Shown here: positions 10,818 to 25,141 of the stretch, in pieces
How the letters are laid out: the number at the start of each line of letters is the position of its first letter
How positions within the stretch are numbered: position 1 is the first letter of the stretch
Source: Geosiphon pyriformis uo1
Lineage: Eukaryota > Fungi > Glomeromycota
NCBI GenBank assembly: GCA_016748015.1
Contig: JAAOMT010000226.1
Coordinates: 1-64,000, forward strand
Reading direction: 5' to 3'
Length of the DNA: 64,000 nucleotides
Position numbers and translations under genes: made by a program
Notes under the pieces: model-generated
Seen by the model: only the letters and a program-made list of their open reading frames with translations
Databases searched by the model: none
Told to the model about the DNA's origin: nothing

Positions 10818-13800
10818 TTATATATCCACATACACAGAAACCAAATTATCTATACCTGAAAAAAACCAACAGGAATTGTGCAACCCAAAACTAACACTGA
10901 ATGCATCATCAATAAGCAACCTAATTACATAAACTAAAAGTGTCGACATGCCACTGGACACAGAAACAAGAATCAAACCATCATGAGAGATCAGACCATG
11001 TTTCTCCATAAAAGCTTGATGTTTGAAACAGATCAGCCAAATATTATTTCTAAAAGACAAGCACAAACCACAAACAAATTCAACCATCTTATCAGATGCA
11101 GTTTTAGAGTCATCAAAGCAGAAAGCGGTCTCTTGGTACCAATCTACAAACACAAAATCTTTGTACAATGAAGCAACCAGTCCCAAATCAGTCAAACAAT
11201 TAGACAACATTTGTGATACATAAAAGGAGGCATGGGATAAACCAGAAACAACTCTCCAAGCAAAAGCAAAATCAACGAACAACTGAAGCCAAGCAGTTGC
11301 ATCAAATGCACAAAAAAAAACATGATTTGACACTTCAATATTGCCACAATACAGGCATATCACACTGGGGTAATGTTTATTGTAGAGACATTTGCAAACA
11401 GCAACAGGCAGTCTGTGATATAAAGCTTTCATAAAATAGGAATGGAAGCCAGCAGAGTGGCAACTTGTAAAGCCAACAGCCATATGGGAGTTAAGATGCT
11501 AAACAAGAGACAATTTAGACCAATCAACATTTACAAGCAGATGATTGTTCACAATCTTGGCAGCAGAGCCTAATTCCCAGCATGCACAATAGATAGACTG
11601 AAAAACATCATGAACAAAGTGTTTAGAGTTTCCAGAAACAATACTACCTTTAGCCAAAACAAAACATTCCTTAAGCCGGAAAGGGAGTAACTGGCCTAAA
11701 CAAAAAGAGACCTCAGCAAACAAGTCAGCCTGAACATTACCCAAAACATTTGAGTGTTCTTTAATTTTATACCAGCCAACATTCAATTTTCTTTTACATA
11801 TGATGCCAGTGATGTGTTGATGTTCAACTCAGCATTTGTTCCAGAAATCTGGAGCCAACAACAATAGTTTAGCTTTGCATGCATCCAAAGCAGCTTGGCT
11901 GTCAGAAAATATATGGACTGAACTCAAACTAGGCACACACTTAAGAGCCAATGCAATGGCTTGAAGCTCTGCTAATATAGAAAACACTATACCAGTTACT
12001 TTCACCCCAATCCCTAAGTTAAAGTCCTTAAAGAATGCAGTAGCACCAGCTTTTATATTAACACTCCCCAGACCACAAAGAGAACCATCCATATACACAG
12101 AAAAGCCAGAGACACCAACACCAGACAACCAATCACACACTGTTTTAAACTTATGAGATTCAAGAATGTTCTTTGCAGCATTATCATCTGGAGGTAAAGA
12201 GCAAACATCAAAAGAACCAAAATCATAAAGATACCAAACAGCAGCAGCAAACTAGACAAGAACAAGACCATATGGGTCAAGTTTCTTCTACTACTTGAAA
12301 GTTCTCCAGTCAAAAACAGCACCATTACAGCATCAAAGCTGCTCAACAAAAGCAATTTCATAACAACAAAGAGAGGGAAGACATCTAAAATACATCGATT
12401 CACTAAGGACACCAGATAAAAGAGTTCTATACTGGAAGTGAAAAACATTACACATAAAATTGCCCAGAGATAAACTAGAACCGAAAAAAACCTGAATCAC
12501 ACTTGCCAAGAAGTTGTTCAGAGGATTAACACTAATGCAAACTGGAAAGCTTAAGAGATGCACAGGACATCAACTTAAGATCTGCAAGTCATGCAACCTA
12601 TGCTTAAACAATTGGCCCAAAATCCCACCAGAGTTGGTAAAACACACCATAGCAGCAACTTTGCCTTTGGCTTGGACCTGTTCAAAAGTCTTTAGGCCAT
12701 AAAATAAGAAATGGTGCAAAACATCATTAAAAAAGTCCAGAAGCAGATCCAATTTCAATTTTAATTTTTTTCAAATTAAAACATCCCACTTTTGGCACAC
12801 ATTAGCAGAAACAAAACTAAACTGGGTCTTGTAACCAATAATAGAATGAAGAACTGCCAAAACCAAGTATGAGAACTGTTTGTCTGAAACTGTCTTTCTC
12901 AGAACAAGATTGGCAAAAAACCATACATCTAAATGTGCTTTAGCCAAGCTGGGCTTAGATAACCCATTAGAAGAAAAAAAAATACCCAGATATTGGTGAG
13001 ACACCCCCTTTTTGGCAATGGAAATAGGAGCACTACTGACAGATAAAAAAGAAGCCACTACTCTGCAATTAATTGGAATTGTTACAGTTTTGTCATTGTT
13101 GATTGAGATATCATTCACCCTGAAAAATTTACTGGCAACATTGAGAATGTGTTGTGTAGCTGTCTGACTAGAACCAACCCATATAGTATTATTGACAAAT
13201 ATTCCTATAGCAAAAAAAAAGGTCAAACTATCTTGAAGATTTATGCGACCAGTTTTGACAACATAATGTGAATTCAGCCTATAACCACACATTGCTTCTT
13301 GTCTTTTTACCCCACACAGCAAAGTGTCATAAAAAATATGCCAAAGGAGAAGTAAGAACACTTCCTCCTGATCCAAGCTATTATGAACACTATAACCATT
13401 AGTTAACCCAAAATCAGTCATCACTTTGTTTATGCAGTCATTGTGAATACTCCCAAAAAATCTTATGAATCTACTGCACATTTTGATTCTAACCAAACTC
13501 CTCCTCAGATGTTTTCAACCAACTGAGTTATATGCTTTCCTTATGTCTTACAAAACCAACCAAAGTTCACGATTCTTTTCTAAAGCATCTTTTATCACTG
13601 AATCAATAGCAAAAATAGGAGACTGTATTGTTGTATCTTTAAGAACTGAGAAGTTGTTACCACAAAGAACATCATGCTTATTACATGTCATAGAAATCCT
13701 ATCAGAGAGAATTTTAGAAATAATTTTATGGGCAGTTTCAATCAGTGCTATGAGTTAAGTATTCATAAAAACTTCCTCCCAGTTGTAAGGTTTAGGAATT

Positions 13801-15503
13801 ATAGATACCCAGGCCTTCCTCCAAGAATCTGGAACAGATTTACAAATCAAATAAGAGTTCAAAAGCACCAATAGTAAATCCAAAACAGACTTGTCACAAT
13901 GTTTTCATAGCTCATTTATAATACTGGAAAGGCCAGCAGCTTTATTATCAGGCAAATTCAAGACCATACCAAAAAATTCTTCCATCTCAATTGGGTGCAT
14001 AACATTTGAAAAGACATCGTCAAAGATATATTCCAAGAGTTGGAGTTGACAACGCCATTCATCCGAAATGTCATCAACCATCACACGCTTTCTGGTCCAG
14101 CCCTCCATAATTCTATCAACATGAAATTTAACCAAACCAGACTCCAAAATGAGGTCCTCATCTACAACCAGGTGATCCAATGTGACTTTGCAAAATGGCT
14201 GCTCAAGTATACTTTTAATAGTTTGGCCCTTATTCAACTCAAAGTTTTCCATCCTTTTGTCAATTGCTAATCTGATTTGAGAATTCCTAGCAAGTTTTGA
14301 TTCTATCATCTTGAGGAAATGATAAAACTTTCTAATCTTCACCAAAGCTAATCTAATAGCATTAAAATGAGATCCTGAAAGAAAAAAAGATTTAACAGCA
14401 GAAGCATTAACAGAATTCAAAGACATCCAAACATTCAACAAAGAGACGAATCCAATAAATGACACAGAACATAAAGCCTTCACCAACTTAGAAACCAAAA
14501 GTTCTAATCTATAATAGCAAGAAGAGCACTTGGTAAAACCACCATCAAAATCTTTAGACCAAGTTTTTGAGAAAACTTCATTCACTGAGAAACAAATGGC
14601 TTTGCAAACAACACTCCACATGCCATCCAGATCAGACAAACAATGACAATCTGTAAACTCATCAGAAAACATGGCAAAATTATCATGAAATGCAATCCTA
14701 TACTACTTTTATTTAACTCTATCAGCATTTTTGACATTAAATTTCCACTTGTTCTTATTAGTCTGAATACAAATAGCTCTTAGGACAGGATCCAAAATTC
14801 CACCAAGACCAATTGTAATTTGAACAGAACTATAATCAGTGTTAAAGAACTTATCCACATCTACAATACACCCATTTACTAATGCATTACTCAAACTTTG
14901 AAAAACAAAAATGTAATCAAGGATCCTCTTAACATCTTTGGAATTCCTTCAAGTAGGAGTCTTGATGTGAGAACTATTAATCAATATATTGACTAAACCT
15001 AGACCCACATATTTATTAAAGCTAGAACTATGTTTGTTCCTATCTTTATTGAAATCACCACCTAAAATAACAAACATACTTTTATTACAAGCTCTGGCTA
15101 TAAAAAAATTGATGAGACCAGTCTGAATTACATGCTTATTCAGAGAAGCCTTTGTATACAAACCCAACACAGAAACAGATTGTTTGTTTTTGAATAACAA
15201 GCAGACCATCAAAAGCCTACCCAGAATTTCAAAGATTTTTGAAACATGTTTGGCTAAATTTTTATTTATGATTAAAATAACACCCGCTCCTAAAAACCCA
15301 GCATCCAGACCTGAAGTAAACACCTTCACACCAGGAAACTTATTCGCAATTCAAAACTTGATACTGAAGTGAAGCTTAGTCTCAGTAACTATTGAAATGT
15401 CATTATTTAAAACCATATGCTATCTAATAATGTTATCCTGCTTGCCAGGAACATTTATATCTCTAACATTACAAGTAGCAATTTTCCAAATTAAACTACT
15501 CAT
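10818..15503 (-). pseudogene. LINE copy 1 ORF2 (APE endonuclease - RT - RNase H - C-terminal Zn finger)
   Basis: MSSLIWKIATCNV, ILGGDFN, RT FVNNTIW, YLGIF, RNase H VYMDGS..AELQAI..FSDSQAA..KEHS...GNVQAD, CLYCGNIEVSNHVFFC. Confidence 0.9.
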
Positions 15504-17322
15504 TGGGGAAGGGAAGGAGTTACCATACCACTACCAGAACAAAAAAAGTCCAATTTGCACAATATTGCCTTAACTGAATTCTCCAAGACCACCAGGTTAG
15601 CCTCTAAGCCACCTATTTTTGCAGTTAAAACATGAGCACCACTTGGAGAAATGTTCTGAGAGATGGCAGTAACCACACCAGATATGGGAGAAACAAACAA
15701 TAGAGCATTAACAGTCATGTTCAGCATAGGATTATGTTTGGGGGTAGATGAAACAGTAGAATTCACTAACAAAACAGCCAGCAACCTGTTCAGTTTACAC
15801 AAAATATTGGCCACTTGATCAGACACATTCTTAAGTGAATGTTTGAGGACACTAACACATAAAGCCAGAAATGTAACCACAGACATTAAACTGGCAACTG
15901 AACCTATGCCTGAATTGGTTTCAGCAAGCGATGTAGAATACAAATTTTTAGGGAAGCTGCTTACCACAGAAGCCCAAGTCACACCACTGAAGAAGACCAG
16001 ATAAGATACGGGTGCTTGTTTTTTGGCATAGATGAGCACAAGGCGTCTTTTATTCAAATCAGAACAAAGAAATTTTTTCTTTATGGAATCCTGCCCACTG
16101 TTTTTTTCACCACTTTTACAGCCAAACAAAACGTGACCAAAATTACCACATACAGCACACTTAGGAAAAAACAAACCAGCCCAAACAAGGTTAACACTCC
16201 TAAACACCAGCGTAAAGCAAATGGCAGCCTCTCTGGTATTATCAGAGTCAAAACATACAACAGCACAGTGGGTTTGTGTGTAAGACTCCAAATTCCTAGA
16301 AATGTAACAAGTTTTTCCACCATATGACTGAATCAAGTCTAAAAGATTATGGGCAGTCATGCCCATCAACAGAGTATATAGGAGAGCACAATAACTGTTC
16401 CTTAAATCTCACATTTGTTTGTCAGTGTTGGTTTTGGCAACATGCACCAAATCCTTACCTAGCAAGATTGACCATTTGGACACGACCAGACCAGTAATCT
16501 AAGAACTCTCAAACTCCACTAGCACTTTCTGTCAGAGGCCAATAAGTTGTATTTTGATTGAAAAAATTTTCTCATACTTGACCAAAGCTGATTCAATTGC
16601 CAATTTGGACAGATCTACCAGAATTTTTTTGATAATAATTTTTCAATCTGAACATATGCCAAATTTTTTGAGATCAGCATTGATAACAAGATTCTCAAAC
16701 ACAGCCAATTGTTTAGTCAAAGCAAGACTGGAATTAGATGTGAAAGATGCCCAAATAATGCCTGGAAATTTTGAAGGAGTTAATGCATCCCAAAACCATC
16801 AATTTTGTAGAATAGTGCCCTGACACTCTTGAGTTTATTACATAGAGAATTTCTGGGAATAGCTGACAGACCAATGTCAAGTACAAAGGATTTGATAGGT
16901 TCAAAACAGAGCTTTTCTTTGACAGAAGCAACAGAACAATAAAAGAATCCTAAAGAAACAGAAAGAGGTAAGCCCATGTTGATATCATCAGTGACAGAGC
17001 CAAAATCACAGAGATCTAGAAATGGAGCCACTATCATATCAGAGTTGAAGCATTTCGCCTTTGGAGTGTTGGTACAAGAGTCTAACTGTCCATCACTTTT
17101 GCTGCCATAGCCCATGTTTTTGCCCATCTCATACTCCAACTTTTTATTAGAAGATGTATCTATATTCTCATATCGACCAGAAACACTTGCAGGTAGTTTG
17201 TAAAATAAATTAGTTTCATTACCTGAGTGTTTGACTTTGTCAAGCAAAACCTTAGGTTTTTGCTTCAGACTTCTATTCACAGAGCTTGCAGTGGCACCTC
17301 TGGCCGATTTCTTTGTGAACAT
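15500..17322 (-). pseudogene. LINE copy 1 ORF1 (RRM-like domains plus CCHC knuckle)
   Basis: KSFVLDIGL, RRM-like blocks, CAVCGNFGHVLFGC, C-terminal LTAKIGGLE; disrupted by stops and frameshift. Confidence 0.85.
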
Positions 17323-18106
17323 AGCATTGATAGTATCAGATGCCAAGGGGACAATAAAAGGATTGGTGAGTTGAGAAATTGTAAAAACCGAGCAAAATTA
17401 AAAGATAAAAACAGATAAAAAACAAAAAAACTTCTTTAAAAAGTATACTATTTTAGGATTATTTAGAAGTAAGAGAGAAAGAAGTTTTTTTTAATTTTTA
17501 TAATAAATATTATAATAAAAACATATAATTGAATTTTATTTTTTATTATATATATAAAAAACTTCTATAAATAAAAATTGTTTATTGTATTTTTGCAAAT
17601 TAATTAAAATTAACAATATAAATAGTTTTATTATTAAAAAATATATATTGTTTAAAAACTGTTTTTTTCAAATTAATAATAATAATAATAGTTTAGTTTA
17701 AAAATTATTGACCTAAAAAATATTATTTGTTTTTAAAATTTGTTGTTTAATAGTTATTTTTAAAAATATTTGTTTTAAAATAATTATTAAATATAAGATT
17801 TGTTTTAAATAATTAACAAAAACAAAATAATTAATATTATTTTTTTAATTTTACTAATTTTATTATTTAAAATAATTATTATTAAATATTATTATTATTA
17901 ATATAACAATAATATTAACTATTATTAGCTTTAAATTATTAAATACCAACCAAAAAATTAATACAAATAAACTAATTTATATTTAAAAAATAAAATTATA
18001 ATACAACAACAAACTTTTTTTAATAAATATATTATTTTATTAGTAAAAATAGCAAAAAATATAAAAATATTTAATATTTTTTTATTTAAATTTAATTAAT
18101 TAAAAA

Positions 18107-20751
18107 ACTTCTCTTTTTTATATATTTAAAATTTTTTAAAGAATTAATTCTAAAAAAAAAATTTTTTTATTTTATTATTTTATTGTATTTTTACTATAAT
18201 TTTACAAAAAACTAATTTTTTTATAATAAATTTAGTGACTGTTTTTAAGAAAAATATGTCTAAAAAAAATATTCAAAAAAATACTTTATAATCTAACTAA
18301 TAGTTTTTTTTTAAAAAAAAAAGTTTTAATAAGTAATATCAAGTATTTTAGTAATAAAAAAAGCTTTTTTGAACAAATTTTTATTTGGTTTAGTATGTTT
18401 TTAAATATGAATAATAAATTTAATAATGATAATAATAGTATTATTTTAAGTATTAATAGTTATAAAACAGATAATAATAATAAAATTTTCTTTTTTTTCT
18501 TTTTAAATTTAATATAAATATATTAATTGAAAAAATTTTTGCTTTGAATATTAATTTCTTTGTTATTAAAAAATATTTATCTTTAGATAAATTAAAAATT
18601 ATTAAAAATACTATTTAAATAGCTAAAATTAATATTAATAAAAAAATATAAAATGCCAAAAATGTGTTTAAAACTTTATTTTATACTTATTTAATAAAAA
18701 TAACTGTATATAATTCGTAAAATTTTATGAGTTTTGTTAATAAAAAAATTTGTATAATTAATTATTATTTAATAATATATATAAAAACTAAATATATTAT
18801 TATTTATTTTAAATTTAAAAAAAATTTAATATTAACTTTGGCTTTTAGTTTAGTGTTTAAAAGTTTTAGTCTGATTTAAATAAAATTGAATTTGTCTTTT
18901 TGTTGTATATACAAAAAATCTGATTATATTTCTTATATATATACAACTAATATATTATTAGTTTTTAAAACTAAATCTGGTTTTTATTTGTTAAAGTTTT
19001 ATAAAGTCATTTAAGTTAAAAAAAAGACTTTAATTATATATTTAATAACTTTTGACAGATTTTTTTAAATACAGATTGTTATTGTTAATAATTTTAATAT
19101 TTATTTAAATACTTTATTTAATAATATTTTTTTTTTTGGTTTAATAATTCTTTTTTATATATTTTTTGCTTTATTTTTGAATATTTATCTAAATATTTAC
19201 TAAAATTTTTAATAAATAAAATTGCTATAATCTTTGAAAAATTAAATTTTTTTCTGTTAACTTTTATAATTAACTAGATTTTTTTTTGGTTGTTATTTTT
19301 TTAAATATTAAATTAAGTATAAAAATAAATATTTTGGCTTTTTAGTTTATTTTTTTAAGTAATATTGTAAGTGTTTAACTATTTTTGAATTTAAATAGTT
19401 TAAAAATTTTTACTGCTAAAATTAGTGATTTAGAAATTGAAATATTGGTACTGTTTTGGTTATATTAAACTTTATGGTTTCTGGTACTGGTTTTTTTTAA
19501 TAATTAGTTTAATTTTGAAATTTGCTATATATAATATATATAAGATAAATAATTCTATAAACAAGTTAATATTGTTAAGTAGCACAATAATATAAACAAT
19601 TTTGTTTTAATTATTATAAAAACAAAGTTAAAAAATAAAATAAAATTATAAATTATAAACAAATTTAATAAAGTTTGAATTTTTATATTAGAAATAAATT
19701 TTAATTATCTGAATTTTAATGTTGTATTAATTGTAAACAATAATATTATTAAATATATTTGCAAAGTTTTAAAAATAACTAATTAGTTTTTGTTAATATA
19801 TTAGCTGTTTAAGAATTGTTTTTTAGTTTTTATTTTAAGTTTATATACCAATATTACTTTAGAAAAAAATAGTTTAAGCTTATAATATTAATTTAATAGT
19901 AACTAAAACTTTGAACAATAATATTTTTATGGTTTTTAGTAATAATTTTAATAAAAATAACTTTGGTTTTAATATGAGTTTTAAGAATTTTTGGATTTAA
20001 ATTTGTTTAATTTTCTTAGTGATTTTTTTTTCTACAAGTTTTTTATGTAATTTAATTTAAAAAATTGAAAAATACATAGATTTTATTCGAATTAATAATA
20101 GTTTTTGATGTTTTTTTTCAAATAACAAGTCTATAAACTTAATAATTTTGGTAGACATTAATTTGAAAAATTTTTTTAGTTTACAGTTTAATTCTGTATG
20201 TAAAAAAGTTAACAAAGATAGATAAAAATACAATATTAATAGTATTAGCATAAAAATTTAAAAAAAATTTGGCAATATATTTTTAATTGCTGTTTTATAA
20301 AATATAAATAACTATTAATTAACAAAATAATATGTTTTATAATTGACAATACATTTTTAAAAGTTTAATACTAAAGTAATAAAATAATAAAAAGTACTGT
20401 GTTTTTTAAGTTTTTTAAATTAGAATTATTTGTTTTTAGAATTTTAAAAGTATTTAAATTAAATGATTCAAAAAGATTTAAATATTAATAAATAAATAAA
20501 TTAAGCTAAATTTAAATTTGGTTGTAAAATTAAAAAATTCTTAGAAAATAGATTTTAGTAATTATAAGATTAAATAAATTTTGTCTTAATTTAAAAAAAC
20601 TTATAAAATTTATAAAATATTTGAATTTAAAATTATTGAAAATTTTTGTATTATGAGTGTTATTATTAAACACATGAAAGCTTTTGCTAATAATAAAAAT
20701 TAAATAATTAAAAATATGTTAAAACAATTTTTTTAAAAAGTTATATTGAAT
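18107..20751 (+). mobile_element. Ghost LINE copy 4 (5' UTR, ORF1, endonuclease and linker; 3' truncated), heavily C>T/G>A mutated
   Basis: 5' motif aaaaaacttctc at ~18102 and ATG at 18256. Reads KVLISNIKYFSN and KFFALNIN. ORF2 start SLILKFAIYNI at ~19505 (= GLVWKFATCNV), then FSNNFNKN (= LGGDFNEN), LELFVFRILK and KHMKAFANNKN*IIKNML. Confidence 0.8.
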
Positions 20752-22262
20752 TTATTATTATTATTATATGTTTTATAAATACAATTTAATTATTATCTAG
20801 TATATATAAACAACAAAAAATTTACAATTTATGCTTTTGCTATATATAATTAGTTATTTAAATTAGTCAAAACTATATTACATATTTATTATAATATTAA
20901 TATGACTATTTAAATCAAAAAAATATTAAATATATAATTTAAACTAATAGTTATAGCTTTATTAATATTTAATAATTAAATAATCTTATTTAATAAATTT
21001 GTTGTTAAATTATATAAATAATAGAGAATAATATACAAATTATTTACCAGACTATTTTTTATTATTATTATTTTATACTTAAATTAATATAACTAAATTT
21101 TTTTCTTATAATTTTTTACTAATTAATACACAAAATTAACTATTAACAATTAAACTAATTTAATATTTCTAAAAATTGCTACTACATTAGTATGCCAATT
21201 ATTAAAAATTATATATTTGCACAAAGCTATATAGATTAAATTAACTAATATTAAAATTTAAAGATTATATTATAAAAAAAAAAATTAATAATACTTACAT
21301 AAAAAAACCAAAACTTTAATAAATTATTTAAAAAGTCTAACTAAATACTAATATTAAGTTTACATATAAAAACATAATCTGAAAATTTGATTTCTTTATA
21401 ATAAAAACAGATTATTTTAAAATATTATTAATTATACAACTATTTTTAAATTGCAACAAAGAATTGTTTATAAACAGTTTTCATAAAATATTTATATAAA
21501 TTGGCTATAAAATTATTGATAAAACCAAAGTTTATATATAAATTTGGTTGCCAAACAATAACTGTGTAATACTAATTAATATTCAAAATTATGTTATAAA
21601 AAACTATATTAATACTAAAACCAACTTTTTATCTAATATACTTAATTGATTAAAAAATTTTATAAACAAAATAACAAACATTTTCTAAAATAATCATATT
21701 ATTTACTTAAAAATAACTTTTATTTACTGAAACTAAAAAAAAATAGAAAATAAGTAATAATACTAACCAATTTATTAACAATTATATTACTTAAAATATT
21801 AGAATAACTTTTAATTTTGATTTATTTTACATTAATGTTATTATTATATACAGAATTACAAATCTGTTTTTTTTTTAATCTAATAAATATTGTGAATATT
21901 AAGTCCAAATAAATTAATTTTTAAAATACAAGTATTAAAAACTATTTAACTATCTAAATAAATATTAATTATATTAGATAAAAAACATATTTAAAAATTA
22001 ATAAAATAGCTTACAATTTAGTAAAAGTTGACAAAACCAAACCATATATCTACATATTAATATTCAATCTAAAATTATTAAAAAACATGACAGCTTTATT
22101 TGTAATTACATTAAAATCTAAATTTTTTAACAAATTATTTGTAAAAATATTTATAATTGTTAGCTTTACTTTAATTAAACACTTTTTAATAATTAACAAA
22201 TCATTTAAAAAAAAATACTTTAATAAATTAAATTGTGAAAAAAAGCTTAAAAATTAAATTAG
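20752..22262 (-). mobile_element. Ghost LINE copy 5, piece 1 (RNase H, Zn finger, 3' UTR, (TAA)n tail)
   Basis: NIFTNNL..GLVLSTFTKL*AI (= VYTDGS..GLVSSTLAELQAI) and VWQPN..YFMKTVYKQFFVAI*K*LYN..ICFYYKEIKFSDYVFIC. AT-converted 3' UTR at 20767-20877; tail 20752-20766. Confidence 0.85.
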
Positions 22263-25141
22263 TAAAAAAACTTTTTTCTCTCTTACATCTCAAATTCCTG
22301 AAAAAGAGCATTTTTTGAAAAAAGTTTTTTACTGCCTTTGTTTTCTATCACTATTCAGTTAGATATTTTACAATCTTTTCTGTTCAAATACAAGACTGCT
22401 ATTGGCAGTGGCATTTTTGTTATGAAAAGAGTCAAAAAGAAGTTACTGTCTGGTTTTGCTGTGGTTGACTTTTCTTCTAAAAAAAAGTACAAGAGTGGTT
22501 TATTAAAAGAATCTGTTAAGGTGGTCAGTATTTTTGCTAATAGTGCCTCTAGTAGTTCAGCTGAAGGTGTAAGTGGAGATATTATTGAGTCAGAAAGTGT
22601 TGATATGGAAAAAGAATTCTTGGTGGAGGAAACCAGCTTTTAGCAAGAAAGTGGAGGAGAGTTTAGTGGTAATGATATTAAAATAATGCCCAAAGATTTC
22701 AAAAGAGTTGTTACTAAGTGCACTCTTGAAAAGCCTCTAGGTACTATTAACTTCAGCATGAAAAATGATGATGATGATAATGTTTTAGATGGGTTGCTCT
22801 CTCTTTCTTTCTCTTTCTCTTTCAAATCTATAGTGCAAGTCTTGGTCAAGAAGTCTTTTGCTCTGGATATTGATCTTGTAGTAGTAGTCAGCAAATCCTC
22901 TCAGGAAAAGTTGTCTTATGTCAGAAAAATTTTCTCTGGTGTAAATGGTTTTAGAAGGGCTTTTACCCTCTCAAAATTTGGTAGAATTATCCAGGCTTTT
23001 TTTACTTCTGAAAAGACAATGATAACTATAGTAAAATTGGCAAATGATTGTAGTGTTGTAATAAACACCAATCTCAAGTGCTTTGTCAACAATCATATGA
23101 ATTAGGCAATTATGCTGAAAAAAATTCTGGTGAGAACATCTGTTGAGGCTGTGCATACTGCTGTAGCTGAATTTGGAATCATCAAGTCAATCAAGATACA
23201 GCTGGTTAATCTATGACAGAAAACAATCATCAAATTAAATAATCAGAATCAAGCTGATCTTTCAGCTGCTGAGTGGTTCATTCTTATTGAGAAAAATGTA
23301 GTGCAAATGGCCAGGACTGATGTTGATAAACTAATATTGAATTTCAGAGATGAGTTTAGAGCTTTGTTGTATACTTTTTCCATAGATATGACTGCTCATA
23401 ATATCTGAGAGTTCATTAGTTCAGTCAGTAAGAAAACTTGTATCATTGATTGTAATCCTGTTACTTATGTTTGTTCTCACTGCACCACTGTGTGTTTTGG
23501 TTTTAAGTCAGATCTGAATAGGGCTTTGGATATAAACCCAATTATAAAAAGAGTTAGTTTTCATTAGTCTTGCTTGTCACTTGCTTTGTGCTCAGTTTGT
23601 AAAGCTTTGGGCCATACATCTCTCTTTTGTAAAGCATCAGGTAATTTGTCAGCTTCCAAAAGCAAGAAGACTCCCCTTTTGGTTCATGATTGGTTCAGGC
23701 TGGCTAAAATTTATAAAAAAAAATCTGCACCTATCTCCCATCTTCTGTTTTTTGGTGGCAAAACTTGGGCTTTAGTAATAAGAACCTCTTCAACAAATGT
23801 GTTTTATGGTAATAAATTTCATTTTGGTTCCATCAATGATGGTAAATCTCTCTCTTCTGTTGTGAATGAATTGGAATTACAATTGGTCAACATTAAAAGC
23901 AGTCTTACCAGCCTTGTAGAACAAATTGGTAAGTTGGCTAAGAGATTAAATTTACTTGTGTTGGCAGTTTTCCAGTCTAGCCCTGGATGTCAGCTGCTGA
24001 TAACTCCCCATCACAGAATCCAAAAAGTGATATAGTGATGGAAATAAGTTTGAGTAAGACCACTAGTGGTAAGACTGCTGCTGTTTTGAACTCTTCTGCA
24101 TCTTTTCATGTGCTTAAATTAGAGAATATATTAGAAGGCTTTTCTGCTTTCATTTTAAGCTTGTTTGCTTGATTTGATAGTTTGGTTCTGGCTGGTGGTA
24201 TGTCTTCTCAACCCTTTTCTTAATTACCAGTCCTATCTGGAAAATTGCTATGTGCAATATCAGAGGTATAAACAATCCTACAAAACAGAGTAATATTATT
24301 CATTGACATAAAAACATAAACAATTCGGTCTCTATTTTCATAGAATTAAAACTAAAAGAGAAGATTTGCTCTTAAATTGTCAACAAATTTGATGGTGTTT
24401 GGGTGTTTATTTCTGGTTTGAAATCTGGATATCTGGGTGCTGATATTGTGGTCGTCATAAACTCTTCTTTGGCAAGACATATGTGCAAGATCTTTGAAGT
24501 GTCTGGTTAGCTTCTGTCCATTAAATTAATTTTCAAAAATAAACTTTCTGTGTCAATTTTGGGGCTTTACACTGGTGTTTCCTCAGTGGTTTGGTTTTCT
24601 CAGACTGGTAATATCAACTCTCTTATTGCAAAAACTATTAACAAGTTTTTTTTTATAATCTTTGGTGATAATTTTAATGAAAATGGTTTTCATAGATGTG
24701 CAAGTTTTTAAAAATGCCTTGATATAGGGCTGGTCAATTCTTTGGTAGGTAGCTCAGCTGTGAAGAAATCTACTTGGAAAAATTTAAGAGGCATTATGAA
24801 GACAATTGATTACATGTTTGTTTCTCTGAATCTAGTCAATGCAATTGTACATCACAATGTTTTGGAAGTTGGTAAACATTTTGACACAAAATACCGAACT
24901 GTTTCTATGTTTGTAGATTTGAGTGAACTTTTAAATATACAATTGAACTCTATTCACAAACAAATAAACAAGAATCATTAAAAGTTTGATTTCAAGGGTG
25001 CTGATGAAAATAAATAAAACTGTTTTAAAGATGCCACAACAGTCAATGCTGCAATATTCTCTGTTGAGTTTGTTGTTGCTGTAAAATTCTCAGATTTGGA
25101 TGTAATGTAAAATGTTGTTCACAAGATAATAACTTTTTTGG

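Larger units (their letters stand above)
10674..17484 (-). mobile_element. LINE copy 1: full-length (~6.8 kb), degenerate non-LTR retrotransposon with RNase H
   Basis: 5' motif cttctttctctcttac at 17484 (shared with copy 2), ORF1, ORF2, 3' UTR 10703-10817, A-rich tail 10674-10702; many stops. Confidence 0.95.

Noticed and set aside
17485-18100. Possible continuation of the ghost Gypsy beyond LINE copy 1
   Set aside because: I could not decode convincing homology by eye; left unassigned.
20057-20251. 64-aa hydrophobic ORF in the AT desert
   Set aside because: Antisense to the ghost LINE endonuclease; composition is an artefact of AT richness.
22239-22249. aaaaaagctta as a TSD of LINE copy 2 (also at 41448-41458)
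   Set aside because: The left copy is ~20 bp away from the 5' end and the following bases do not match; likely chance in AT-rich DNA.
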